Counted from the stretch's first letter, positions 6,687-16,512 are shown. The stretch: 64,000 nt of DNA from an uncultured Deinococcaceae bacterium (GCA_964252075.1 CAXULY010000018.1:33740-97739); one strand, 5' to 3'. The notes: generated from the sequence alone by a model not told the origin. A program made the numbers and translations.

Positions 6687-9644
6687 ATGCGCCGCCTCAC
6701 CCTGCTCACCTGCGCGGCCCTCCTGGGCCTGGGCGCGGCTGGTGCCGAACAGGCGCGCTACTCGGCAGACACCCTCAAGCAGGCGCTGCCGAACACCTAC
6801 GTGACGCTGCCCTTCGAGTTCGATGGCGCCGGCGAGTACCAGTTCGAGGTGGCCGGCCCGGAGGGCTGGAGCGCGCTGAGCGCCAGCAAGAAGCTGAGCG
6901 TGCAGGGGCACGCGCTGGTGCCGTTCACCTTCAAGGTGCCGAACCTGGCGCTGCTGGGCATCGCGCCGTTCACGCTGATCGTGCGTCAGGATGGCCGCGA
7001 GGTGGCGCGCGCGCAGGCGCAGGTGAACGTGGAGCGCCGGGTGCTGGTGGGCGTGCGCGCGCCGGACACTGTGAACGTCCCGATCGGGCAGATCGGCCGG
7101 TACCCCGTGACGGTCACGAACCTCGGGAACGCGACCGACACCATCCGGCTGTTCTTCGACGTGACGCCCAATGGCACGCTGCTCGCGCAGGACACCTTCA
7201 CGCTCGCGCCCGGGCAGAGCGCGCAGACGACCGTGGTCCTGGACCGCCGCAGCAAACGCGACAACGGCGCGAGTTTCCTGTTCACCGTGAACGCCGCGTC
7301 CGTCACGGACCCGCGCGTGACGGCCGCAGCGGACACGCAGGTCATGTGGGGCGTCAGCGCGGCCTCCACGCCGGACGCGCGCCCAGACCCGAAACTGACC
7401 GTGAACGTGAGTGCCGGGCTGGTGGGGAGTGTGGGGTTCGGGTCTCAGGGCTTCAGCCGCGACCTCAGCTACTCCCTGGGCAGCACCGTGAGTGGCGACC
7501 TCAGCGATTACTACACCGCCACCGCCACCCCATCGAGCCTCTCCGGTTCGCTGGACCACCCGCTTCCGGGCGTGCCAAGCCTCACCTTCGGCGTGAAGAC
7601 CGCCGACTGGGGCGCGAACCTGAACGTCGGCCTGGGCGCGCTGGGCGGGAGCGGCACCTTCAACTGGCGGGGCTGGGAGTGGTCCCCGCAGGTGGGTGTC
7701 GCGTGGGGTGGCGGGGTGCTGGGCTACGGGGCTGGCCTGGGCGCGCGCGGCCTGATCGGGTCCGGCACCTTCGCGGCGCGCCTCGGCACGTACGGCGTGA
7801 CGGGCCCCAACGCGTCGCGCAGTGACAGCCTCGTGACGTCGTACCGCGTGCAGCTCACGCCCGGCTGGACGCTGGACGTCCAGCCCGCCGTGTACGGCGT
7901 GACCACCCCCAAGGGATACTCCGTGCTGTTCGGGCTGGGGCAGAGCAGCACGTACCAGGGCGAGAACTTCGACGTGACGGAGAGCTTCGGTTCGGACCTG
8001 CGCGCCTACCACTCGTTCTCGGTGGCGGGCGGCCTGCGCAACGTCTCACCGTTCGGCGTGCGCGCCAGCGCGAGCGCGCAACTGGCCCCGCAGGGCCTCA
8101 GCTGGAACGCCGCGGGCGTGCTGCTGCTGTCGCCCGGCCATGGTCTCGGCGCGTCCCTGCTGGGCAGCTTCACCTCGACGCCAGATGGCGCCGCGTGGAC
8201 GGTCTCGCCGTCCGCCGCGTACACCTTCAGCGCCGGTGCATGGACGGGCAGCATGGGCGGCGTGTACGCCCTGTCCGGCGATCACTTCGGGCTGAACCAC
8301 GCGCTGCAACTGAACCTCGACCTGAACGCGGGCCGCATTCAGACAAACACCACCGCCACCTACCAGAGTGCACACGGCCCGGACCCCCGCAAGATCGGGC
8401 TGGAGCTGAGCGCCAACTACCTGCTGACGGACAGTGACATCCTGACCGGCAAGTATGGGCTGACCCTCGCGAGCGCCACCACGCAGGCGGTCACCGCCTC
8501 GTGGACGCATGTGTGGACGAACCAGTTGCAGTCGAGCGTGGCATACACCCGCAACTGGGGGGCGGGCGCCGTGAACGAGGGCGCGGCGGTCGGGCTGGCG
8601 TGGAGCGGCATTGGCGTGGACGGCCTAACGCTCGCCGCGAACTACAGCGTGAGCGCGCCCAACACGCTGTTCGCGGGGAACCTGCAGCATAAGGTCACGC
8701 TGGGGTTGCAGTACGACACCGCGCTGACCTTCAACACCCCGAAGGGCGTGGTGAACCTCTTCGGTGGGCGCCGCGGCGGATCGGTGTTCGGGCAGCTGTA
8801 CCGGGACGGGAACATGAACGGCGTGCTGGACGCAGGCGAAACACCGCTGGCGGGCGTGACGGTGCAGGCGGGCGACGAGAAGACCGTCACGGACGCGTCC
8901 GGCCACTACCGCCTGCGCGTACCCGCCGGGCAGTACACGCTGCGGTTCCCCACGGGACTCCCCACCACCCTCGCGTCCCTCACACCGCTGCAGGCGACGG
9001 TGGTGGAGAACGGCGAGCAGCGCCTGGATGCCGCGATGGTGCCCGTGAACTCGCTGGAGGTCACGGTCTTCGATGACGCGAACAACAACAAGGTGCTGGA
9101 CAACGGCGAGCAGCCCATTCCGTTTGCCGGCGCGACGCTGTCCGGGCCGGTGACCCGCGCGGGCACCGCGGACGCGGACGGCGTCGTGCGGTTCAGCGAG
9201 CTCCCAACCGGCGAGTACAGCGTGGGCGTGGACCCCAAGCGCCTCCCGGACGGGTACCAGCAGACCACGACGAGCGCGAAGGTCACGGTCACCGAGCAGC
9301 GCAAGCCAGACGGCGTCGTGCTGGGCGCCGCGCAGCCACCCCGTCAGCAGGCGGTGACCTTCACGGCGTCGAACCTGGCTGTCATGGCGACCGCATCCAG
9401 CGACACGGCGAAGCCAGGCGATCAGGTGACCGTCCAGGTGTTCCTGTCGGGCGACGCGAGCACCGTGAAGGTGCAGGCCTTCAACCAAGTCTTCCAGGTG
9501 CAGGGCAGCGGCTCGCAGCGCAGCGTGGACCTCACGGTGCCCGCGGGCACAGCGCCCGGTGAGTACCCGCTGGTCGTCACGGCGGAAAATGCGGGCGGCG
9601 CGAAGCAGGCCTCCCTGAGCGTCACGGTGCCCGCGGCACCTTAA
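6687..9644 (+). CDS. Large secreted protein: N-terminal Ig domains, central putative beta-barrel, two SdrD-B/Cna-B-like repeats and a C-terminal Ig domain (usher-like)
   Basis: Signal peptide; VTNLGNATDTI Ig motif; roughly 450-aa Gly/Ser/aromatic region with alternating strands; GQLYRDGNMNGVLDAGETPLAGV and VFDDANNNKVLDNGEQPIP repeats; AGGAGG RBS. Confidence 0.7.
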   Translation: MRRLTLLTCAALLGLGAAGAEQARYSADTLKQALPNTYVTLPFEFDGAGEYQFEVAGPEGWSALSASKKLSVQGHALVPFTFKVPNLALLGIAPFTLIVRQDGREVARAQAQVNVERRVLVGVRAPDTVNVPIGQIGRYPVTVTNLGNATDTIRLFFDVTPNGTLLAQDTFTLAPGQSAQTTVVLDRRSKRDNGASFLFTVNAASVTDPRVTAAADTQVMWGVSAASTPDARPDPKLTVNVSAGLVGSVGFGSQGFSRDLSYSLGSTVSGDLSDYYTATATPSSLSGSLDHPLPGVPSLTFGVKTADWGANLNVGLGALGGSGTFNWRGWEWSPQVGVAWGGGVLGYGAGLGARGLIGSGTFAARLGTYGVTGPNASRSDSLVTSYRVQLTPGWTLDVQPAVYGVTTPKGYSVLFGLGQSSTYQGENFDVTESFGSDLRAYHSFSVAGGLRNVSPFGVRASASAQLAPQGLSWNAAGVLLLSPGHGLGASLLGSFTSTPDGAAWTVSPSAAYTFSAGAWTGSMGGVYALSGDHFGLNHALQLNLDLNAGRIQTNTTATYQSAHGPDPRKIGLELSANYLLTDSDILTGKYGLTLASATTQAVTASWTHVWTNQLQSSVAYTRNWGAGAVNEGAAVGLAWSGIGVDGLTLAANYSVSAPNTLFAGNLQHKVTLGLQYDTALTFNTPKGVVNLFGGRRGGSVFGQLYRDGNMNGVLDAGETPLAGVTVQAGDEKTVTDASGHYRLRVPAGQYTLRFPTGLPTTLASLTPLQATVVENGEQRLDAAMVPVNSLEVTVFDDANNNKVLDNGEQPIPFAGATLSGPVTRAGTADADGVVRFSELPTGEYSVGVDPKRLPDGYQQTTTSAKVTVTEQRKPDGVVLGAAQPPRQQAVTFTASNLAVMATASSDTAKPGDQVTVQVFLSGDASTVKVQAFNQVFQVQGSGSQRSVDLTVPAGTAPGEYPLVVTAENAGGAKQASLSVTVPAAP

Positions 9645-9670
9645 ATCAAGGCATATCAGCAGGCAGATTC

Positions 9671-9697
9671 AGGGGAAGGGACGCGTCCCCTCCCCTT
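9671..9697 (+). terminator. Probable terminator hairpin after the surface operon
   Basis: GGGGAAGGGAC-gc-GTCCCCTCCCC imperfect stem followed by TT. Confidence 0.5.
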
Positions 9698-9704
9698 CCG
9701 TTAT

Positions 9705-9943
9705 GTCCTGTAGGGGCACAGGTCCGGGTGTCGCGCCGTTCATGCTGGTACAGGAGGTAAATGCGTCTGCCTGAGAAGGCGCAGGGCACACAAGGGTCTG
9801 GCCGGACTGCGACCCGGGTGTTCAGGCGTTACCAAGCAACGTGCTGGGTGCCCTTCACTGCGGACCGCTGCGCCTGTTCAGCGGTCCGCCTCCACCGAGG
9901 GCAGGCCGCTGACCGGACAGCCCCTGTTGACACCCTACAGGGC
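9705..9943. ncRNA. Putative structured non-coding RNA, family not recognised
   Basis: Terminal pairing of 9705-9715 with 9933-9943; nested stems 9783-9789/9848-9854 and 9860-9870/9879-9889. Confidence 0.3.
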
Positions 9944-10375
9944 TGGTCCCCAATGGGCACGGCCTCGTTCAGCCCAGTAGCTTGAAGAGCGGGCCGGTGG
10001 TGGCGCGTCGTGACGCGGCAGCGGTGGAAGGGCGGCGCATTCCACCGCTGCGGGCTGGTTTCGTCGGTGTGCGTGAGACGTGACGCCGATCATGCTGTGT
10101 GCCACGTTCTGTACTTCAGTGAGCGTATGCTGATGGCACAACAACCATGGTGCAACTCGAGGAGCCAAATGGACTCCATCGTTTAACGTGCCAAAAATTT
10201 TGGGTCTTGTGTGCGAAATTTAGGACAAACCGCAGCGGGGGTTCCTCGAACCTCTCACATTTTGACTTCGGTGTGCAATTTGGTCCAAAAATTATGAACG
10301 GGTTATAAAGTTGCGGTCTTCACATGTGTGTGACGCTTGCCCCCCGCATATTCCCGGCTTGATCTCCCGCACAGT

Positions 10376-10410
10376 GCGGATATTTATTCATTTAATGAAT
10401 AAATATCCGC
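10376..10410. promoter_or_regulatory. 17-bp perfect AT-rich palindrome upstream of the pyrimidine catabolism operon
   Basis: GCGGATATTTATTCATT-T-AATGAATAAATATCCGC. Confidence 0.6.
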
Positions 10411-10420
10411 GCCAAGACAT

Positions 10421-10437
10421 TTGGACACTGTGTCCAA
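10421..10437. promoter_or_regulatory. Candidate operator for the PucR-family regulator
   Basis: TTGGACAC-T-GTGTCCAA palindrome; related TTTGGACACCCTGTCT at 21621 before the aminotransferase. Confidence 0.55.
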
Positions 10438-10635
10438 TTAGCCGAATCCAGCGGTTCAACGCTGCTCGGGAACAAACGCCGCCCCAATCAGCTCTCTTGA
10501 CCCTTTGCATATTGATTCCTATACTCCCTTTATCAGCGGTTAATCGCCTCCAGTGAGGGGCCGGACCGCCCATTGCGACGCGCCGCGCCGTGATGTGCGC
10601 CCGCCCTGCCCGCTCTACCCCATGAGGTGATCGCC

Positions 10636-11997
10636 ATGAGCACGGACCGTTCCGCCTTCGCGGAGACCCACCCGCCCCTCACCGCGCACGAAGCCACCGT
10701 GGAAGCGAACCGCTGCCTGTACTGCTACGACGCGCCGTGCCTGCAGGCCTGCCCCACGCACATCGACATTCCCACCTTCATCCGAAAGATCAGCACGGGG
10801 AACCTGCGCGGCAGCGCCCGCACCATCTTGGAGGCGAACTTCCTGGGTGGCACCTGCGCCCGCGTGTGCCCCGTCGAGGAGCTGTGCGAGGGCGCCTGCG
10901 TGCTCGGCAAGGACCACACGCCCATCGCCATCGGGCGCCTGCAGCGGTACGCCGTGGATCACGTGCAGGAGCGCGGCGTGCAACTGTTCCAGGCTGGAAG
11001 TGCCACCGGGCGCAGTGTTGCCGTGGTGGGCAGCGGCCCGGCCGGCCTCTCCTGCGCAGCGGAACTCGCGAAGCTCGGGCACGCCGTCACCCTGTACGAG
11101 CGGCGCGAGCTGGGCGGGGGCCTCAGCACCTACGGCATCATCGTGCTGCGTGAGCCCGTCAAGGTGGCGCTGCGCGAGGTGGAGGCCGTGAAGGACCTGG
11201 GTGTGGAGGTCCGCACGAACCACCCCGTGGAGAGCGCCGACGACCTCGACGCCCTGCTGACCGAGCACGACGCGGTGTTCCTGGCGGTCGGCCTCGGCGC
11301 CGTGCCCGCCATGGGCATCCCCGGTGAGGAGCACGTACAGGACGGCCTGCAGTTCATCGAGGACAGCAAGATCCAGCTGGGTGCCTTGCGGGTCGGGCGG
11401 CAGGTCGCGGTGATCGGCGCGGGCAACACCGCCATTGACGCGGCCACCATCGCGCGGCGCCTCGGCGCAGATGTGACGATGGTGTACCGGCGCGGCGAGG
11501 CCGAGATGACCGCGTACCCGCACGAGTACGAGTTCGCGCTGCTGGAGGGCATCCAGTACGCCTTCTACAGCCAGCCCGTGCGCGTCGTGACGGACGGCGG
11601 GCAGGTGACGGGCCTGGAGTGCGTGCAGATGCGCCTCGGCGAGCCGGACGCCAGCGGTCGCCCGCGCCCCGAGGCGGTGCCTGGCAGCGAGTTCGTGATT
11701 CCCTGCGATCAGGTGATCAAGGCCATCGGGCAGGAGAAGCCCACGCTGGCCGTCGCGCTCGGTCTGGAGCTGGAGGGCGGGTACATCCGGGTGGACGACG
11801 GCCTGAGCACCAGCATCCCCCGCGTGTACGCGGGCGGGGACTGCGTGCGGGTGCGCGGCACCGCCAGCACCGTGATGGCCGTGCAGGACGGCAAGATTGC
11901 GGCAACCAGCATCCACGCCGCCCTGCAAGAAAACGCCTCCATGCCCGTCACCGAGATCCTGATTCGCCCCACCACCGACGGGGTCGAGCATGCCTGA
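10636..11997 (+). CDS. preT: Dihydropyrimidine dehydrogenase subunit, GltD-like (PreT)
   Basis: EANRCLYCYDAPC...CPTHIDIP, CARVCP..ELCEGAC, GSGPAG, GAGNTAIDAA; lies next to preA. Confidence 0.92.
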   Translation: MSTDRSAFAETHPPLTAHEATVEANRCLYCYDAPCLQACPTHIDIPTFIRKISTGNLRGSARTILEANFLGGTCARVCPVEELCEGACVLGKDHTPIAIGRLQRYAVDHVQERGVQLFQAGSATGRSVAVVGSGPAGLSCAAELAKLGHAVTLYERRELGGGLSTYGIIVLREPVKVALREVEAVKDLGVEVRTNHPVESADDLDALLTEHDAVFLAVGLGAVPAMGIPGEEHVQDGLQFIEDSKIQLGALRVGRQVAVIGAGNTAIDAATIARRLGADVTMVYRRGEAEMTAYPHEYEFALLEGIQYAFYSQPVRVVTDGGQVTGLECVQMRLGEPDASGRPRPEAVPGSEFVIPCDQVIKAIGQEKPTLAVALGLELEGGYIRVDDGLSTSIPRVYAGGDCVRVRGTASTVMAVQDGKIAATSIHAALQENASMPVTEILIRPTTDGVEHA

Positions 11998-12026
11998 AGT
12001 CACCCCCTGCCCCCTGGAGGCCCGTC

Positions 12027-13406
12027 ATGGCTGACCTGAGCATCAACTTCGCGGGCATCCGCGCGCCGAACCCCTTCTGGCTGGCCTCCGCGCCCCCCAC
12101 GAACAGCGGAGCGCAGATTCACCGCGCCTTCGAGCACGGTTGGGGGGGCGCCGTCTGGAAGACCATCGGGGCGCCCGTCCTGAACATCTCAAACAGGTAC
12201 GGGGGGCTGTCCATCGGCGGGCAGCGCCTCCTCGCGATCAACAACGTGGAGCTCATCTCCGACCGCCCGCTGGAGGTGAACCTCCGGGAAATCGCGGAGG
12301 TCAAGCGCATGTGGCCGGACCGCGCCGTCATCGTGAGCGCGATGGTGGACGCGAGCCCCGAGGCGTGGCGGGACATCGTGATGCGCATCGAGGACACGGG
12401 CGCGGACGGCATCGAGCTGAATTACGGCTGCCCGCAGGGCATGAGCGAGCGCGGCATGGGCGCCGCCGTGGGGCAGGTGCCGGAGATGTGCGAGCTGAAC
12501 ACCCACTGGGTGACCAGCATCACGAAACTCCCCGTGATCGTGAAGCTCACGCCGAACATCACGCGCATCACGGAGCCCGCGCACGCGGCGCTCGCGGGCG
12601 GCGCGCACGCGCTCTCGCTCATCAACACCATCAACAGCATCATGAAGGTGGACCTCGACACCCTGCAGATCACGCCGAACATCGGGGGGCGCGGCACGCA
12701 CGGCGGGTACGCGGGGCCAGCGGTCAAGCCCATCGCGCTGAACATGCTGACGGAACTCATGACGGACGCGGGCGTGCTGCGAAGTGGCGTGCCGGTGTGC
12801 GGCATGGGCGGCATCGTGACGTGGCGGGACGCGGCGGAGTTCCTGCTGCTGGGCGCCACCAGCGTGCAGGTGTGCACCGCCGCCATGCACTACGGGTACC
12901 GCATCGTGGAGGACATGATTGACGGCCTGTCGAACTGGATGGACGAGAAGGGCTTCGCCACCATCTACGACTTCGCGGGCCGCTCGCTGCCGCAGGTGAG
13001 CACCTTCGGGCAGCTGGACCTGAGTTACCAGGCGGTCGCGCGCATCAACCCGGACAAGTGCATTCAGTGCAACCTGTGCTACGTGGCGTGCAACGACACC
13101 GCCCACCAGTGCATCGACCTGTACGCGCCGGACGGCGTGCGCGTGGACCCCGGCTTCGACCCGCGCGTGAACGGCAAGGCCGTCGCGGACACCCGCCCCA
13201 CCCCGCAGGTGCGCGAGGAGGACTGCGTGGGCTGCGCCCTGTGCGCGAACGTGTGCCCGGTGGACAACTGCATCGAAATGGTGAGCGTGCCCAGTGGCCG
13301 CGAGAGCGTCACCTGGGACCAGCTGAGCGCGCACAAACCCGCCGTGACGCAGCAGTGGGGCGCAATGGAGCAGTACCGCAATGAGACCGGCATCGACATT
13401 CACTGA
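12027..13406 (+). CDS. preA: NAD-dependent dihydropyrimidine dehydrogenase subunit PreA
   Basis: MADLS..NPFWLASAPPT, NNVELIS, ELNYGCPQGMSERGMG, VKLTPNI, C-terminal 2x[4Fe-4S] motifs; GGAGG RBS. Confidence 0.95.
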   Translation: MADLSINFAGIRAPNPFWLASAPPTNSGAQIHRAFEHGWGGAVWKTIGAPVLNISNRYGGLSIGGQRLLAINNVELISDRPLEVNLREIAEVKRMWPDRAVIVSAMVDASPEAWRDIVMRIEDTGADGIELNYGCPQGMSERGMGAAVGQVPEMCELNTHWVTSITKLPVIVKLTPNITRITEPAHAALAGGAHALSLINTINSIMKVDLDTLQITPNIGGRGTHGGYAGPAVKPIALNMLTELMTDAGVLRSGVPVCGMGGIVTWRDAAEFLLLGATSVQVCTAAMHYGYRIVEDMIDGLSNWMDEKGFATIYDFAGRSLPQVSTFGQLDLSYQAVARINPDKCIQCNLCYVACNDTAHQCIDLYAPDGVRVDPGFDPRVNGKAVADTRPTPQVREEDCVGCALCANVCPVDNCIEMVSVPSGRESVTWDQLSAHKPAVTQQWGAMEQYRNETGIDIH

Positions 13407-13439
13407 CCCCCGCCCCTTTCCCCACCCAGGAGACGCCCG

Positions 13440-14834
13440 ATGCCCCTGTTGATCAAGAACGGCCAGATCGTCACGGCGGACAGCCAGTACACCGCCGACA
13501 TCTACGCGGAAGGTGAGACCATCACGCGCATCGGGCAGAACCTCGACGTGCCCGACGGCACGGAGGTCATTGACGCGACGGGCAAGCTGGTGTTCCCGGG
13601 CTTCATTGACCCGCACGTGCACGTGTACCTGCCGTTCATGAGCACCTTCGCGAAGGACACGCACACCACCGCGAGTCAGGCGGCCCTGGTGGGCGGCACC
13701 ACGACCTTTATCGAGATGCTCGCGCCCGCCGCGAGCGAGGACCTGATGGAGGGCTACGAATTATGGACGGGGAAGGCGGCGGGCAGCAGCGCCTGCGATT
13801 ACACCTTCCACATTGGCGTGACGAGCTGGAACGAGCGCACGGAAGGGTACCTGCGCGACCTGGTGGCGCAGGGCATGACGAGCTTCAAGGTGTTCCTGGC
13901 GTACAAGGGCGCCTTCGGCATTGATGACGAGGCGCTGTACAAGACCCTCACGCTCGCGAAGGAGCTGGGCGTGATCGTGACGGCGCACTGCGAGAACGCG
14001 GAGCTGGTCGCGGAACTGCAGCGCAAATTGCTGAGCGAGGGCAAGACCGGGCCGGAGTGGCACGAGGCGAGCCGCCCGGAGCAGGTGGAGGCGGAGGGCA
14101 CCGCGCACTTCGCGACCTTCCTGGAACTCACGGGCGCGCGCGGGTACGTGGTGCACCTGTCGAACGCGAAGGCGCTCGCGGTGGCGATGGCCGCGAAGGC
14201 GCGCGGCGTGGACCTGTCCATCGAGTCGGTCATCCCGCACTTCCTGCTGGACAAGACCTTCGCGGAGCGGCCCGGCGTGGAGGGCGCGAAGTACGTGATG
14301 AGCCCGCCGCTGCGCGAGAAGCACAACCAGCAGGCGCTCTGGACGGCGCTGGAGCAGGGCTTCATCGACACGGTGGGCACCGACCACTGCCCCTTCGACG
14401 TGGCGCAGAAGCACCTGGGCGACCATGACTTCACGCGGATCCCGAACGGCATTCCCGCCATCGAGGACCGCGTGAACCTGCTGTACACCTACGGCGTGAG
14501 CCGCGGGAACCTGACCCTCAGCCGCTTCGTGGAGGCCGCGAGCACGAAGGCCGCGAAGCTCTTCGGGCTGTTCCCCCGCAAGGGCACCATCGCGGTGGGG
14601 TCGGACGCGGACCTGGTGATTTACGACCCCGCGTACCGGGGCGTGATCTCCGCCACGACCAGCCATGTGAACAACGATTACAGCGGCTTCGAGGGCTTCG
14701 AGATCGACGGGCGCCCGAGCGTGGTGACGGTGCGCGGGCAGGTCGCGGTCCGGGACGGCGAGTTTGTGGGCGACCCCGCGCGCGGGCGTCTGTTGCAGCG
14801 CGGCCCGGTGGCAGAGCCCGAGGTGCTGGCGTGA
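13440..14834 (+). CDS. hydA: Dihydropyrimidinase (D-hydantoinase)
   Basis: PGFIDPHVH, SFKVFLAYKG, AHCEN, VVHLS, MSPPLR, TDHCPF, IPNG. Confidence 0.95.
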   Translation: MPLLIKNGQIVTADSQYTADIYAEGETITRIGQNLDVPDGTEVIDATGKLVFPGFIDPHVHVYLPFMSTFAKDTHTTASQAALVGGTTTFIEMLAPAASEDLMEGYELWTGKAAGSSACDYTFHIGVTSWNERTEGYLRDLVAQGMTSFKVFLAYKGAFGIDDEALYKTLTLAKELGVIVTAHCENAELVAELQRKLLSEGKTGPEWHEASRPEQVEAEGTAHFATFLELTGARGYVVHLSNAKALAVAMAAKARGVDLSIESVIPHFLLDKTFAERPGVEGAKYVMSPPLREKHNQQALWTALEQGFIDTVGTDHCPFDVAQKHLGDHDFTRIPNGIPAIEDRVNLLYTYGVSRGNLTLSRFVEAASTKAAKLFGLFPRKGTIAVGSDADLVIYDPAYRGVISATTSHVNNDYSGFEGFEIDGRPSVVTVRGQVAVRDGEFVGDPARGRLLQRGPVAEPEVLA

Positions 14835-15607
14835 CGGACAGCGAGGCCATCACGGTCCGCAACCTGAACAAGGTGTTCGCGGTGCCGGGCGGGCAGACGG
14901 TGGCGCTGCAGGGCGCGAACCTGAACGTGGAGCACGGCGAGTTCATCAGCCTGATCGGGCCATCCGGGTGCGGGAAGACCACCCTGCTGCGCCTGCTCGC
15001 GGACCTGGAGCAGCCGACCGCCGGGGAGATCCGCCTGGACGGCCTGAGCCCCGAGGAGGCCCGCCGCGCCCGCGCGTACGGCTACGTGTTCCAGGCGCCC
15101 GCCCTGATGGAGTGGCGCACCGTGCTGAGCAACGTGATGCTGCCCCTGGAGATCCTGCGGCTCCCCCGCCCGGAGGCCATTCAGCGCGCGAACCAGATGC
15201 TGAAGCTGGTGGGGCTGGAGGGCTTCGCGCGGAACTTCCCTTGGCAGCTGTCGGGCGGCATGCAGCAGCGCGTGAGCATCGCGCGCGCACTCGCGCTGGA
15301 GCCGCGCCTGCTGTTCATGGACGAGCCCTTCGGCGCGCTGGACGAGATCACGCGCGAGCGCCTGAACATGGAGCTGCTGCGCCTGTGGCGCGAGACGGGC
15401 AAGACCGTAGTGTTCGTGACGCACTCCATCCCCGAGGCGGTGTTCCTGTCCACCCGCATCGTGGTGATGACCGCGCGGCCCGGCAAGATCGAGGGCGTCG
15501 TGAACGTGGACCTCCCGCAGCCACGCACTGAAAACACCCGCGAGCTCCCGCGCTTCTTCGAGATCGCCACAGAAGTGCGCGAACTGCTGAAGAAGGGCCA
15601 CGCGTGA
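14831..15607 (+). CDS. ABC transporter ATP-binding protein (NitT/TauT family)
   Basis: GPSGCGKT, LSGGMQQR, MDEPFGALD, VTHS. Confidence 0.95.
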   Translation: MTDSEAITVRNLNKVFAVPGGQTVALQGANLNVEHGEFISLIGPSGCGKTTLLRLLADLEQPTAGEIRLDGLSPEEARRARAYGYVFQAPALMEWRTVLSNVMLPLEILRLPRPEAIQRANQMLKLVGLEGFARNFPWQLSGGMQQRVSIARALALEPRLLFMDEPFGALDEITRERLNMELLRLWRETGKTVVFVTHSIPEAVFLSTRIVVMTARPGKIEGVVNVDLPQPRTENTRELPRFFEIATEVRELLKKGHA

Positions 15608-16512
15608 CCACGCCGGAACTGGTGACGGCGCGCCTGGAGCGCCCCCGCATCCGCCTGGGGAACCTCGGGCCGATGCTGGTGGTCGCGCTGGTCGCGCTGG
15701 CCCTGTACTGGCCGCTGATGCTGTGGGCGAATGTGGGCGCCGCGCGCACGATTCTGGAGAGCGGCGCGGACCTGGGTTGTGCCACGCCGATTGCCTGCGC
15801 GACACAGCTGCGCAACCCGGTGCTGCCCGCGCCCGCGCAGCTGTGGTCGGGCTTCGTGAACCTCAGCGTGCCGCCGCTCGCCGCCACCAGCGCCCCGTAC
15901 AACACGCTCGTCACGGCGGGCGAGACGCTCGTCGGGCTCGCCATCGCGGCGGTCATGGGTGTGGTGCTGGCCCTGCTGCTGGTCGTGAGCCGCGCCTTCG
16001 AGCGCTCCCTGATGCCGTGGCTGATCGCGTCGCAGACGGTGCCCATCGTCGCGCTCGCCCCGATGCTCGCGGTGGTGCTCGGGCAGTACGGCGTGCAGGG
16101 CTGGGTGCCGAAGGCGATCATCGCGGCGTATATCGCCTTCTTCCCCGTCGCGATCGGCGTGGCGCGCGGCCTGCGCAGCCCCGACCCCCTGCAGCTGGAC
16201 CTCATGCGCACGTACCACGCGAGCGCGGGCACGGTGTTCTGGAAGCTGCGCCTGCCCGCCAGCCTGCCGTTTCTGTTCACGTCGTTGAAGGTCGCGGCGA
16301 CGGGCGCCCTGATCGGCAGCATCGTCGCGGAGATTTCCACCATCTCCTTTTCCGGCCTGGGCAAGATGCTCGCGGAGAACTCCCGCGCGAGCGACACCAT
16401 TGCCCTGTGGGTCATCATGATTTACGGCGCGGTGCTGGGCATCGTGCTGGTGGGGCTGATGGGCGCGCTGGAGAGGTGGGTGACCCCATGGCGAGCCGGA
16501 CAGCCGAAGTAA
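15604..16512 (+). CDS. ABC transporter permease (NitT/TauT family)
   Basis: SQTVPIVALAP, FFPV, LRLPASLPFLF, GSIVAE. Confidence 0.92.
   Translation: MTTPELVTARLERPRIRLGNLGPMLVVALVALALYWPLMLWANVGAARTILESGADLGCATPIACATQLRNPVLPAPAQLWSGFVNLSVPPLAATSAPYNTLVTAGETLVGLAIAAVMGVVLALLLVVSRAFERSLMPWLIASQTVPIVALAPMLAVVLGQYGVQGWVPKAIIAAYIAFFPVAIGVARGLRSPDPLQLDLMRTYHASAGTVFWKLRLPASLPFLFTSLKVAATGALIGSIVAEISTISFSGLGKMLAENSRASDTIALWVIMIYGAVLGIVLVGLMGALERWVTPWRAGQPK

Noticed and set aside
9761..9985. 74-aa ORF after AGGAGGT
   Set aside because: The SD-like sequence is only 2 nt from the ATG, codon use is atypical and the product has no protein-like features; RNA structure explains the region better.
10311..10573. 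Short ORFs on both strands in the AT-rich region
   Set aside because: Atypical composition, and they run through palindromic operator-like sites; a regulatory role is more plausible.
11619..12026. N-terminal extension of preA suggesting a PreT-PreA fusion or overlap
   Set aside because: Out-of-frame overlap with preT; the true start is ATG 12027 with GGAGG.
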